Shown here one piece after another: positions 26,938 to 40,395 of a stretch of DNA of 64,000 bases. The notes below the pieces were generated by a model. That model did no database searches. It saw only the letters and a list, made by a program, of their open reading frames with translations, and was not told the origin of the DNA. Origin of the DNA: Octopus bimaculoides. Lineage: Eukaryota. How positions within the stretch are numbered: position 1 is the stretch's first letter; every line of letters starts with the position of its first letter. The translations under genes were made by a program, and so were the position numbers. Location: assembly GCF_001194135.2 (NCBI RefSeq), contig NC_068988.1, positions 70,609,894-70,673,893 of the forward strand. The letters run 5' to 3'.

Positions 26938-27289
26938 TGTATATACATATATACGTACAGACATACACACGTGCATATGCGTGTGTTATGTCTATGTGTG
27001 TGTTCTGTCTGCATTCATTTGTGACTTACATGTATGAGTGCGTGTATTGTTTGGCGAGAACTTTATCATATTATGCAGCCTTGTGAATGACATACGCAAA
27101 ATCCCGAGAAAACAAATATGATCAGTGTCGCAGCAATCACCCGAGCGTGCAGCGGAGAAATATTTTTACTATAGTTCAATGTACTTTCTGGACTATGGAA
27201 CATGAGTGGCAATTTACAAAAGATCAAGAAATCCTGAGCGATAAATTCTCTATAGCGATAAATTCTCTATAGCCTCAGTAATCGGTCTC

Positions 27290-27660
27290 GGGAACCTATC
27301 AAGCTATCAGACGCCATGTTTCTACTTCAAGTCTCGTGAGAAGACTTCAAGCTGCTTCTGAACTATCTTAAACTAGTGGATCCAGAAGACTTTGAGATCT
27401 TTCACCAAGGTATACCATACAGCCGAAATTTTGACGGGCTGCCAATTATAGAGCTGCCATCGGAAAACCGATTAACAAAAAATCTCATTTGTATGCCAAT
27501 ACTGCGGCTCAGAGTTGATGATTCATCATCGCTAAATGCCCTAGGCATAAAGCCAAAAGTACGAAATTATCGGCACGATGGCGATAACATCGTCACTATC
27601 TAGATAACTATAAAGACCAATTTGCTTTCGCCAGCAGTAAAAGTATAGCACCACTGTCTA
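27290..27660 (+). pseudogene. Decayed Cys/His-containing coding-like remnant, possibly LINE ORF1
   Basis: One frame reads WIQKTLRSFTKVYHTAEILTG...ISFVCQYCGSELMIHH...KYEIIGTMAI...RPICFRQQ with stops; RPICFR resembles the start of an ORF1 zinc knuckle. Confidence 0.3.
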
Positions 27661-28175
27661 TTTATAGTAAAGGTCGTGTTATGCGCAATAGAATATATAT
27701 TGTTAAACGTTTACAATTTATGTGTGATCACGCAAATAAGCTAAATGATGGAGAGGCAAGATTCACTGTCAGCCTTTCCGACATGAGATGTAATATGCGT
27801 ACCGTATGTTTAGATTTGATGAAATTACTGAGCTACAACGAATCCGTTTAATTGTGGTGTAACAACTCAAACTCAGGGAATACTCGAATTAACCATCAGC
27901 AGCCGTTAGAGTTCTTGATAAGGTCTTATTTGGAATAAATGAAGCCAACATTGATATAGACTTTATGTTTTGTTTTTCATTGCATAGTCAGGTGACATCG
28001 TTGACCATAATCTAAACTCTGTGTGTGATGAATAAAGGTAAGAAAGGTAATTTTAATTCAAAATTATGTTCTTCCTGTTCTTGTCATAATATTTAGTTTC
28101 AGGGATGTGATATTACTTTCCTTCTTTCATACATAATAGACTACATCATTTTTTCCCTTTGCTACAAAATTATTC

Positions 28176-28221
<46 letters not shown>

Positions 28222-28600
28222 GTGGAGGCGCAGTGGCCCAGTGGTTACGGCAGTGGACTCTCCGTCGTAGGGTCGTGGTTTCGATTTACGGACCGGGTGT
28301 AGTGAGTGTTTATTGAGCGAAAACACCTAAAAGCTCCACGTGGCTCCAAGCAGAGGGTGGTGACGAATCTTACTGTATTCTTTCACCATAACTTTCTCTC
28401 ACTCGTTCTTCCTGTTTCTGATGTACCTGTATTTCAAAGGGGCAGCCCTGTCACACTCTGTGTCAAGCTGAATCTCTCTGTGAACTAGGTTAAGGATACA
28501 GGTGTCTGTGGAGTGCTCAGCCACTTGCAAGTTAATTTCACGAGCAGGCTGTTTTGTTGATCGGGTCAACTGAAACACTCGTCGTCGTAACCGACGGAGT
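28222..28600 (+). mobile_element. SINE family C
   Basis: Head GTGGAGGCGCAGTGGCCCAGTGGTT; body matches the reverse complement of 11552-11939. Confidence 0.85.
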
Positions 28601-29327
28601 TCCCCTTCTNNNNNNNNNNTATATATATATATGCCTGCCTGCTAGCAATGGCAGTCCTTACACACAATATAGAGAAGCGGCAGACAGCCGCTAATCTTGT
28701 AACGAGCAAAGTAGCTAGTTCGAAAATCTCTAAACAAGATACAGGTACTTACAATACTAGACGGTGACATCTTTTGGCACTATAACATGGCTGTTCTATA
28801 CTGAACTGTGTTACAATATTTTAACGTCTTTTTATTCGATACGAGATCAGCAGCTGTCTGCCGCTTTCTGTTTATACATTGTGAGAAGGGACGATTGACT
28901 GCCATCTCTAGCAAGTAAGTATCCGTTACCGATGACGAGTAAAGACCCAGAATCCATGATCTACTGATCACGCCAAGTTATGAGGGGTGTGATTCGCTCC
29001 CTTACTCGCACTATATCAGATAGAGGTTGTGTCGTTAACTAGCTGGAAAAGACTCTTTCCTGGGGTGAAAATGTAGTAACATAGTTTTGTGTAGAACAAC
29101 CATGTTATAATGGCAAAAAACTCTTACCATCTCGTATTCCAATATGATTTCGCTATCATGTATGACGATTATGACTTAACATGATAATATCTACAAGTGA
29201 AACATATGTATAAATTATATGATTTATGATGTTATAATAAAAAGATAAATTCTTTTGTTTCATTCTGCTCCGGATTTTACACATATACGTATACATGTTT
29301 ACGCACAGACAGACAGACAGGCATATT

Positions 29328-29330
<3 letters not shown>

Positions 29331-29399
<69 letters not shown>
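29331..29399. repeat. (GATA)n microsatellite
   Basis: Seen directly. Confidence 0.95.
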
Positions 29400-29861
29400 T
29401 TTGCATGTGTTTATATGTGAGTATTGTTTGAATGTGTATGAGATGTATGGAAAGAAATATATACCGTTAGCTACTTCTGCATATATTGATATTTTCTGGC
29501 AGTTAATAGTGGGGAGCAAGTTCTCTCTTATAACCATGTTTAAATGCCATCCCTTCGCGTTTTTCTTCATAGATGAAAATATGGTGACTAAATCTTAATT
29601 TGGTAAAAACAATAGAATGGGAAAATTTAGTAGGCAAATTTTAGAAAGAATATGTTTCTCAAGTGCTATTACTAGAAAGTTGCCACTTTTCTAGTGTTTT
29701 CTATTGTCTGAATAACAATGAAACAATTTTTAGTTTGTTGTGAAAATGAATGCAATTGAGTATGCGTCTATGTATTGTGTATATGTATATATTGAAAGAA
29801 ACGTTCACATATTCACTTGGAATATTCATTTATTCATATATCCACTTATTACTTTTAAACA

Positions 29862-30204
29862 GTGGTGGTGCAATGGCCCAGTGGTTGGGGCAGCGGACTC
29901 GCGGTCATAGGATCGCGGTTTTGATTCCCAGACCGGGTGTTGTGAGTGTTTATTGAGCGAAAACACCTAAAGCTGCACGAGGCTCCGGCAGGGGATGGTG
30001 GCGGACCATGCTTTACTCTTTCATCACAACTTTCTCTCACTCTTACTTCCTGTTTCTGTTGTGCCTATAATTCAAAGGTTCACACTGTGTCACGCTGAAT
30101 ATCCCCGAGAACTACGTTAAGGGTACACGTGTCTGTGAAGTGCTCAGCCATTTGCACGTTAATTTCACGAGCAGGCTGTTCTGTTGATCGGATCGACTGG
30201 AACC
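29862..30204 (+). mobile_element. SINE family C (3' end in gap)
   Basis: Head GTGGTGGTGCAATGGCCCAGTGGTTGGGGCAGCGG; body matches the other copies. Confidence 0.85.
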
Positions 30205-30673
30205 NNNNNNNNNNNNNNNNNNNNNNNNNNNNNNNNNNNNNNNNNNNNNNNNNNNNNNNNNNNNNNNNNNNNNNNNNNNNNNNNNNNNNNNNNNNNNNNN
30301 NNNNNNNNNNNNNNNNNNNNNNNNNNNNNNNNNNNNNNNNNNNNNNNNNNNNNNNNNNNNNNNNNNNNNNNNNNNNNNNNNNNNNNNNNNNNNNNNNNNN
30401 NNNNNNNNNNNNNNNNNNNNNNNNNNNNNNNNNNNNNNNNNNNNNNNNNNNNNNNNNNNNNNNNNNNATATATATATAATATAAATAATAAATGAGTATA
30501 TGCATATATACGTACAGGTATGTGCATACCTACGTCTACCTGTATATATAGATGCATATCTGGGTACAGGACATTGCAAACAAAACGTAGACAAGAAAAT
30601 AATAATAACCAGAGTACAGAAAACACACAAGCCACATAGAGAACAGTTTCCTTCAGCTATCCCCGTTTTAACA

Positions 30674-31010
30674 CCGGGTTACAAGTATTTCATAGCGAGC
30701 GGAACCTCAGAAGTGGTAGATATCCAAGCGAGGTCTATACGGAAGGCTACTCTTCAGGCCAAGGATATATCATTAAATGAAAGTTTACATTGTCGCAAGG
30801 AGGTACATGTTAACACAGGGAAGGTGTAGTCAGAAAATTCAGTAACATTCTGATTGAATCTTCCAAGTGTTAGCATGTACCTCTTTGCGACAATGTAAAC
30901 TTTCATTTAATCAAGATATCCTTGGCCTGCATAGTAGCCTGCAGTATACACCTCGCTTGGATATTTATGACTTCCGAGGTTCCGCTCGCTATGAAACATA
31001 TGTTACCCGG
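30674..31010. mobile_element. Fold-back / MITE-like element
   Basis: Arms of ~145 bp: CCGGGTTACAAGTATTTCATAGCGAGCGGAACCTC...GTACATGTTAACAC versus GTGTTAGCATGTAC...GAGGTTCCGCTCGCTATGAAACATATGTTACCCGG. Confidence 0.8.
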
Positions 31011-32128
31011 ATCTTATCTACTCCATTACTTAACTCTTGTATTCTTAGTACAATTTCTGGCAACCTTGGTTGCTTGAAAGGAACGTGAAACATGAAAGAA
31101 CGTTTTCAATTTATTGTACTTCGATAATAAAAACTTCCGTCTCAGTAAACCACTATTGACCCTCAAAGTTGCTTTTATATTTACTGCGGTTTGCTAGAAG
31201 CTAAATTTCTTCCTATACCTCAATCCGTGCATCGCATATATATATNNNNNNNNNNNNNNNNNNNNNNNNNNNNNNNNNNNNNNNNNNNNNNNNNNNNNNN
31301 NNNNNNNNNNNNNNNNNNNNNNNNNNNNNNNNNNNNNNNNNNNNNNNNNNNNNNNNNNNNNNNNNNNNNNNNNNNNNNNNNNNNNNNNNNNNNNNNNNNN
31401 NNNNNNNNNNNNNNNNNNNNNNNNNNNNNNNNNNNNNNNNNNNNNNNNNNNNNNNNNNNNNNNNNNNNNNNNNNNNNNNNNNNNNNNNNNNNNNNNNNNN
31501 NNNNNNNNNNNNNNNNNNNNNNNNNNNNNNNNNNNNNNNNNNNNNNNNNNNNNNNNNNNNNNNNNNNNNNNNNNNNNNNNNNNNNNNNNNNNNNNNNNNN
31601 NNNNNNNNNNNNNNNNNNNNNNNNNNNNNNNNNNNNNNNNNNNNNNNNNNNNNNNNNNNNNNNNNNNNNNNNNNNNNNNNNNNNNNNNNNNNNNNNNNNN
31701 NNNNNNNNNNNNNNNNNNNNNNNNNNNNNNNNNNNNNNNNNNNNNNNNNNNNNNNNNNNNNNNNNNAATTTTATCATTAAGCTGTAATTAGCAGAACCAT
31801 ATACACGCGCACCTATGGCGGTGGGCAACTTTGTATGGGGTTCTGATGATTATGGTTCCATTACAAATCAGGCTGAAGAGAAATAGACAGTCGGTAAGAT
31901 TGTTGAATTTGAAACCGGTACCTGTTTAATAATGTTCCTTTTCGGTGATTTTAAATGTCTTGCCCGCTTACGTTTTGGTATCACGCTATATTTCATGTTG
32001 AGAACAATTTAGGTCTTTTTAGACACAAGATGTGATCTATTTTTAGCACATTAAATGTCCACGTTAGTGGTCAATCCCATATATATATATACACGTATAT
32101 ACACACACATATATACACACAAACACAA

Positions 32129-32199
<71 letters not shown>

Positions 32200-32382
32200 C
32201 GCGTATTTATGTATATTTACGGGAATCATAGAATAACATGTCCAGAACAATTACTGAAAATTCCACACATAAAGACACCTGAACAGTAATGAAATTTAAG
32301 TTGTCAGGTGTCTAAAATAAACGTTCAAGATTATAAAGCTACCAATTTGTAAAATCACATGTCTAAAATAACCAAAGTTCTA

Positions 32383-33816
32383 CAGATTGTCCCAAAATTA
32401 AGGCAACCAATTTTTTTTCAGCATTGCCAAAATAACATATTGTTATATTTCATGTCTGAGCGTTGCAATGTGATGGTAAAGGAAATACAAATATGACCCT
32501 ACCACATGTATTCGATATAACCACCTCTGTTTCGAATAGAAGCCCTAAGCCTAGGCGCGAATGCTTAACACGCAGCACGCAGATGTTCCTGCGGAATCTA
32601 AGCCCATTTCTGACGCAGTTTTGCCTTCAGAGCATCAAGCGAAGAATGATGAATGCTCGAGGTCCACGTATTCAAAATGGACCAAACAGAAAAATCCAAC
32701 AGGTTGACATCGATGCTTGTTGAGAGCCATACATCCTTGCCTATGTCCCTCAGCTTTGTCCCTTTGTAGCTGAGGGATGGTGAAAGTAGTAACTGAATCG
32801 GGAAATTCATACTATAGCAGTTCAGCTTCCGGAATGTCGCTAATGTTTCGGTGGATGTTAATTTCAACACTCGCCGGTACAAAAACGAGGGGCGACATTC
32901 CAGTGGCTCTTACAGCCGTCCAAACCGTAACTGACTGTGGATTTTGATGTCGATTTACGAGTCTACCCTCGACGAAGCCAGATATACTCCAAAGTCGGTC
33001 ATGGCAATGGTTTACTATGCTATATCAAATCGCTTTTCATCAGTGAACACCAGGTTGGGCGGCGTTTCTTCAGCAATCCGACGAAGGATAAGACGATTCT
33101 CTCCAGTCTAATGTCCCTATAAACATCAGTGAGCACATGACGGCGGATTATCTTGTAGAAGTAGGCCCGGAGATACACTTTCAGCTCTCGTACATCGATG
33201 TTCGGCTTATTTTTGATGTCATGACGTGGGTATACCCGTCTGGTGTAAAATATTATTACACAAAAGATTTACTGGTTGTGGTTATCTGAAGATGACCTGT
33301 CGCAGAAATACTCGAACGTAGGTATGATACTCAGTATTCACTGTTCAACTACCGACTGCTAAACCAACACTCGTCGAACTAACACAGTAAACCAACACCA
33401 ACGAACTAACACCGTCATCTATCCCGCCCCTGACCGTTCACTCAGAGGATTTTGATGTATCTTTTCTCTGGTATTTTGATAAGCTCAGAGGTCTGCACAC
33501 TTCTTTTTCGGCCACGTCCAGGTTGATCAGTGGTGGAACCAGTCTCTTGGAATTTTTGATAACCTTCCAGACTATTGTTCGGTTAATTTTAAGCTTTTTT
33601 GCTATAGCTGTATTACTTTCGCCTCCTTTGTGGAGGGTTATGATTGTATCTTAGTCTATAGCCATTATCTAATTTATAAATCTTAATTTATTTAGTCTGA
33701 AACAAAAAGAAGAGACACTAAGCTTTTATAATTGTGTATAAATTTCATATCTTATTGCATCTATTGATAGTTATTAAAGGCCGAATTTTCGGTTGCCTTA
33801 AATTCGGGACACCCTG
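32383..33816 (-). mobile_element. Tc1/mariner element, maT (DD37D)-like, with TIRs and TA duplication
   Basis: TA|CAGATTGTCCCAAAATTAAGGCAACC matches the reverse complement of GGTTGCCTTAAATTCGGGACACCCTG|TA; minus-strand VW.AV..TG.SPLVF and W...S.D.N.LDFSVWSIL motifs. Confidence 0.85.
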
Positions 33817-34089
33817 TACATACGACAACGACTTATATAAGGCGTTGTACAATAAATCAGTACCATGTGATTTTCTTCACTATCAACAACATTTACTTCT
33901 GATAATCGGGAAATTCTTTAACCAGTAAGGTTCATGTGTCAGGTCATTCAGAGGTAAAACCTAAAGGTTGATATCTGTAAGTTGGATAACTTTGAAAGGT
34001 ATTTTTCAATATCAGCGTGTCGTTATGACGTTGATCACTTGATTAGTAGTAATTCGTTTGCTATGGTACGAGTTTCCCAATTCAGTTAT

Positions 34090-34480
34090 TACTTTCACTT
34101 TCGAAATAATGAACACGTCTTTAGATCATTTAAAGCATATGATATTGAATGAGTTGAGAAATGGCAATAATGCTACACATGATATCCGAATTATTCATGG
34201 TGTTTACAGGAAAGAATGCGTTAATTGGCTGAAAAGGCAATATACCTGCAACGAAATATTTAGGAAGGATATTTTAAGTTCAGTTTAATGAAGAGCTGCT
34301 TTAGTGAGAACTTGATAGAAATAGTGAAGTTACAATCGAGGAATTGATCCAGAAAATGAAACTGATCCATTCCACATTTCACTTGAATCGACACCAAGTG
34401 TCAAAAATTGGAAAATATATTCCTGAAATTTTGACAGTCACTGGCAAATGCTTGGATTTCCATTATGACAATAAATGGCC
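34090..34480 (+). mobile_element. Old mariner N-terminal remnant
   Basis: HLKHMILNELRNGNNATHDIRIIHGVY resembles the mariner HTH start; decayed. Confidence 0.5.
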
Positions 34481-34847
34481 CTGAACAGCAAAAATCATGT
34501 CTAATAAATTAAAAACCTCGGCTGGGGAAAAATTCTTACAACCTTCTTTGCGTGGCCATGCGGTATCTAATTACAAACTATTCCAAAGTTTACTGGAAAA
34601 TTTTGATGAATTAGTTCTCAAAACGTATGAAGAAGTGAAACGACACTCTTTATATGCTTTTCCACCAAAATCAAAAGTTTTCACACAAATTACCATCTAA
34701 TACTTCACAGAACAGCCAGCTGATGAACGGTAGCACGCACGTTGATTACCAGTTTGAAATCCAATAATTTTCATGTTCAAGGATTTTGCAGGAAGCTCCA
34801 TGTATATTATACTAACGTACATAGCATACATATACAATACATACATA

Positions 34848-35676
34848 CGATGGTGGGCTGAAAAGTTCTTTGGTTGACTATGTAGGAGTGCTGCTAGAAC
34901 TATGAACTCTTGCATGCATTAATTCCAATACTTCTCATTAATAACTGGATTGTTTCTTTTCAGCTAAAATGACATCTGATTGTTCAAAGAAGACATCAAT
35001 TGTTGCGACTTTTCTTGATTACGGACAAAATGTGTCATCGTAGTGTTATAAATTTTCTGGAGAAAAATGGTTTTATCCCCTAAGGACATTCATGCTCACA
35101 TGGTTGCTACATTAGGGAATGAAACACCAGTTTTATCAATAGAGCAAATGTAGGCAGCTGAATTTAGGAGATGAAGCTGGCCCAAGGAATAAAGGTTCTG
35201 CAACTGCCATCAACTATAAAACATTGCTTGCGTTCACTACATACTGGTGGATGACAAGAGATTGACTATAAATCAGATAGTCAATGCTATATTCATCTTC
35301 TGAGAGAAATTTAAGAATATACTGCACATTGAACTTGGCATGACGAAGATTTCTGCTCGGTCAGTGTCATCTAACCAAAAGCACACCACATTGATTTCAT
35401 CATGGGAAAATCTGACATTATTTGTGGCAGATCCAGCTGGTTTAAACGTTTTCTAACCCATGATGACTGTTGGTTTCATCACTTTGAACTAAAACAAAGA
35501 GACAATACATACAGTGGAAACCTTTCTTCACCTGCTCCAAAGAAAGCTAATGTCATTTCATCTACAAGAAAGTGACAGCTTCAGCTTTTCGGGATGTAAA
35601 ACGTATTGCAATTTATTGACTATTTTCAAAACGCCTGAAACATCAATGGAGAATAATATGCCAATTTGCTGAGGCA
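34848..35676 (+). mobile_element. 3'-truncated mariner
   Basis: TA|CGATGGTGGGCTGAAAAGTTC TIR-like start; RSVINFLEKNG..PKDIHAHMVATLG; ends at NGE.YANLL. Confidence 0.7.
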
Positions 35677-35720
35677 TCACGGTCTATCACGGTCTATCAC
35701 GGTCAAACAAAGAAGCTTGT

Positions 35721-35732
35721 GATAGATAGTTT

Positions 35733-35793
<61 letters not shown>

Positions 35794-35816
35794 GTAGGTA
35801 GGTAGGTAGGTAGGTT

Positions 35817-35877
<61 letters not shown>

Positions 35878-35878
35878 G

Positions 35879-35923
<45 letters not shown>
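35721..35923. repeat. (GATA)n/(GGTA)n microsatellite
   Basis: Seen directly. Confidence 0.95.
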
Positions 35924-35924
<1 letters not shown>

Positions 35925-38900
35925 CACATATACATATACTCATATAACAATGTTATATATATGGAAACAATTTAATTGTAGGATTCGTTTCCCATGTTAT
36001 TGCAAAATGTGTGTGCAAAGCAAAACCGAACTAATGTATGGTGTTTCATTGATATCGATTCCCTTAATTCAGCCAATGAACCAACCTCCTATCCTTCTGA
36101 AACGTAAATTCGGCGTGAACGTACATAACTCAAACGTTGCCTACGCAATAAATTCATTCCGAGGAATTCCATCATGGTAAATACATCATCTCTAGTTTAA
36201 TCTCTTGATAATTTCATAGCAGGTATATTGCCTCTTGAGCCAATTAACTGTCAATGCATTCATCATGGAGTTTTAGGCGGTATAACCCCAACACCGTTCA
36301 ATACATGAATTAGGTACATTCAGGAGCGATATTTAAAATAAATTTGTATATATTTTATACATATTGTATATATTTTTTATTAAGACATTGCATATAAGAC
36401 GTTTGCAAACACGCACAGCAAAATTATATCTACTGTAACAGTCTTGAAAAAAGATTCTACTTATAGACACACCAAACTTAGCTATGACGTGATCGAATGT
36501 GTTACATGTGTTTCTGCACCGTTATGATGTATCAGCAACAGACACTAAATATGATGTTCGTAGGTCACAAAGAACTTCGGTCTTATATGTAAACAGCAAA
36601 AGAAAATTTTGAGGATGCAGAAAGCTCGAAGCTTAGAACGAAGGATGTATTTTAAGCAAAGATTACAATACTTGTTGTGAAGAGATTTGCAAAATTAATG
36701 AAGAAACACATAGCAAACTTACAGATGATTGTGTTTCTTTTTTCTTACACGTTATTTCACAAGAACTAATGTAGCATCGGTAAATACATTTACTGAATTC
36801 TTATAAAATTCTTCTGTTACTACAGATTTAACTAACAGCAAAATTAGATAAGAGTGATACACGACCTGAAACTTTAGAATCAATAAATTAATTTTCTTAA
36901 TTGTCATAGTCATATTGTAGATTCATAAATACACTTTTAATTATACGTACTATAAAAATTATCAACCTGATACTAGACAAGTGACGGCTAACCATAAGCC
37001 ATTACAAGTGGTATCATGATTAGAATCGGCAGATAATTGGAGAACTATGATTTGAAACTAATTACTAAAGTTGATTCCACTTCTCCAGGGGAAAGCATAA
37101 ATCAGCACCATCAGATAAATACTTACTAATTAAACTAGTACTGCTTAGTTTAAGGGTCGCTTAACCAGCGCGTCATGGAATTTACTATACATTATTGGAT
37201 ATAACTAATATAATAAAGTTTAAATAGAAAACATGAGACAGACATTGAGAAATATAATAATTGTTTATTTTGAACAGAATGTAGAAAATATTCGTAATTG
37301 CATATTTGAATTGTGTGAGACAAACATCAGCTCTATATACGTTAAGTATGATACACGAATGACATTTGCAGTTTCATTCTGTTTCATTTGCAACCATAGT
37401 GTTTAATTTATCCCTCTAAGGTATACCATAGTATCAATAAATATCTTATTCACTGTCTGCTATGTATTAGGGGGTCAGAGATTTTGACGTATGCTACAAT
37501 ACGATATCATCCACAGTTTTGATATGTGTCACTGAATACTGCGGAATTCCCCAGATAAATCCAGCGACATATATATATATATATATATATATACATTCAT
37601 TCATTATAATAGCAACACATCCCGGCATTGCCTGGTTGTTATGACCTACAGCCACATTGTATTATTTGTTCCTTTCTTATGGGCCGAATCGGCAAAGTTC
37701 ATATATAGTGAACTGGATTACTGGCGTAATTGTTTGAAAGTGAAGTGGGGAGAGTACATTATGCATGGGTCTTCACGAAAGTGCTTTCTGTTCTTAAGAA
37801 AGATCTCAAACTATGTATTGTTTCATCGTATAACAGTGGGTTAAGACGATTTTGCCCAGAAATCACGTTTTCAAAATTTTAGCTACTCCCCACCGCAATT
37901 TCTCAATTTTTCTTTTTTATCCACGTAGAAATATACAGAGTTTACGAAACTGGGAAACATGTATATATTTTAAAGTTAATTTCTTCTTAAAGAAACATGC
38001 AATCTCCCTTTCCCCACCTAAAATTTCCTAATGTTTCACTTTCGTTCGATGCTTTACACATGCGTAGAATTGTACGGAAATAGCAGACGTAAAAGTTACC
38101 AGACCACCACCAGAAAACCCGGCATGCTAGAAACAATAGGTAAGCGACAGTATTTCTGAAGAAACCTCCGCGCTTTCCAAAACCTAAAAATCAAACATTG
38201 GGAGTTTGTAGCTTTTTCAAAGCGGTTAAATGTTGGGATAATGTCTAAGAAGATTTTAGTGCTTCTTTTAGAAAAAATGGAAAATGAGAATTCTTAAAGA
38301 TTCGTACTCTCTACTTTTTTCTCCTTTGATTACCAAGAAAAAAACATTTGGAAAAAAAGTTTTAAAATGAAAAAACTGGGGTGGAGAGGAAGATAATTGA
38401 AATATTGAGAATATGTTTTTGCCTGCACCTAAAACAGGAAAAGGNNNNNNNNNNNNNNNNNNNNNNNNNNNNNNNNNNNNNNNNNNNNNNNNNNNNNNNN
38501 NNNNNNNNNNNNNNNNNNNNNNNNNNNNNNNNNNNNNNNNNNNNNNNNNNNNNNNNNNNNNNNNNNNNNNNNNNNNNNNNNNNNNNNNNNNNNNNNNNNN
38601 NNNNNNNNNNNNNNNNNNNNNNNNNNNNNNNNNNNNNNNNNNNNNNNNNNNNNNNNNNNNNNNNNNNNNNNNNNNNNNNNNNNNNNNNNNNNNNNNNNNN
38701 NNNNNNNNNNNNNNNNNNNNNNNNNNNNNNNNNNNNNNNNNNNNNNNNNNNNNNNNNNNNNNNNNNNNNNNNNNNNNNNNNNNNNNNNNNNNNNNNNNNN
38801 NNNNNNNNNNNNNNNNNNNNNNNNNNNNNNNNNNNNNNNNNNNNNNNNNNNNNNNNNNNNNNNNNNNNNNNNNNNNNNNNNNNNNNNNNNNNNNNNNNNN

Positions 38901-39199
38901 NNNNNNNNNNNNNNNNNNNNNNNNNNNNNNNNNNNNNNNNNNNNNNNNNNNNNNNNNNNNNNNNNNNNNNNNNNNNNNNNNNNNNNNNNNNNNNNNNNNN
39001 NNNNNNNNNNNNNNNNNNNNNNNNNNNNNNNNNNNNNNNNNNNNNNNNNNNNNNNNNNTATCTTTTAGAGCCTTATAATTTAACGCACTCACAGGTTTAA
39101 TATCCACTTACTTCATTTTTATTTTTCTAAAATTTTTGTTGCGTCTTGCAACCTTTTCAATAGTTTTGACTGTGTTATTCACACTGCGTTCTTTTTGTT

Positions 39200-39750
39200 T
39201 GTCTGTGCGCATGTGTGCGGGCTAGTGTGTGTGTGCATACACATGCATCTGTGTATGTATGTGTTCACGTGTGTATGCATGTATGTGTGTGCATATGTAT
39301 GTGTATACATTTGTATGCATGTATTCTGCATATTCATGTTTGCATGTCCGTGTTTGTGTGTTTTTATATATGTCTCTGTGTGTTTGCGTGTGTGTGAGTG
39401 TGTGTGTATATACTTCTGTCTCCTTATGTGCGCATGTCTGAGTGTGTGCGTGTGTGAGTGAGTGTTTTGCAACTATGCACCGTGTTTGTATGTATGGATA
39501 TGTATCTCCATATGTACGCGCATGTATCTCAATATGTTTTTGTTTGGAGTAAAGTGAGTTTGTATATATGGTCATGTATTTCAGTCTTCAGTTGTGCATT
39601 TGTGCGTATGTGTGCTTGTCTGTTCATATAACCTATGTACTTGTCCGTCTGTATGTTGATCTGTTTACTGTCATATCCATATCCTTACATACATATGCAT
39701 ATACATATATATACACCCACCCACACACACACATACACACGTGTATCTAT
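39200..39750. repeat. Long degenerate TG/TA/CA-rich simple repeat
   Basis: Alternating purine-pyrimidine low-complexity sequence seen directly. Confidence 0.85.
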
Positions 39751-40089
39751 ATAACAGCCCACTAACTTCGTAAACTGTGGGTATGGGGTCATGATATCTA
39801 CTACGTATACTTCCTATTTAGTATTGGGGAGGTTTCATTTATGAGGTCGTACTCCTGTATTTGTCTGAGTGTTGGGCCCTTTGGGTACTTGGATAAGATG
39901 CAGATATCAAATTGACCCAGGTTGCCTCCAAGTTGGTCCTTAGCATGTTGGTAGAGAATTCTACGCATGTGTTAAACATCGGACGAAAGTGAAACATTAC
40001 AAGTAAATCGAAATATTGCTCGAAGTTGACTCAAAATTGTGCAATCCGACCTCGTTTCCGAGGTTATTTTAGTAGTGAAAAAGAGTTGT

Positions 40090-40376
40090 GCCAAATGCGA
40101 AACACCTAAAGCTCCACGAGGCTCCGGCAGGGGATGGTGGCCAACCCTGCTGTACTCTTTCACCACAACTTTATCTCACTCTTACTTTCCCGTTTCTGTT
40201 GTGCCTGTAATTCAAAGAGTCAGCCTTGTCACACTGTGTCACGCTGAATATCCCCGAGAACTACGTTAAGGGTGCACGTGTCTGTGGAGTTGCACGTTAA
40301 TTTCACGAGCAGGCTTTTCCGTTGATCGGATCAACTGGAACCCTCGATGTCGTAAGCGACGGAGTGCCAACAACAA
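40090..40376 (+). mobile_element. SINE family C body, head degenerate
   Basis: GCGAAACACCTAAAGCTCCACGAGGCTCCGGCAGG...GACGGAGTGCCAACAACAA. Confidence 0.8.
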
Positions 40377-40395
40377 ATGTATATATATATATACA

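Noticed and set aside
35677-35950. Repetitive peptides such as YLSI, YI, HT, CV, LS
   Set aside because: Translations of (GATA)n, (TA)n, (CA)n and (TC)n repeats.
35950-36300. Helitron helicase remnant
   Set aside because: Only a vague resemblance to the RRQFP/TINKSQG region; no motif confirmed.
37840-38440. Non-autonomous DNA transposon
   Set aside because: Looks repeat-like, but the other terminus would lie in the adjacent gap, so no TIR pair can be shown.
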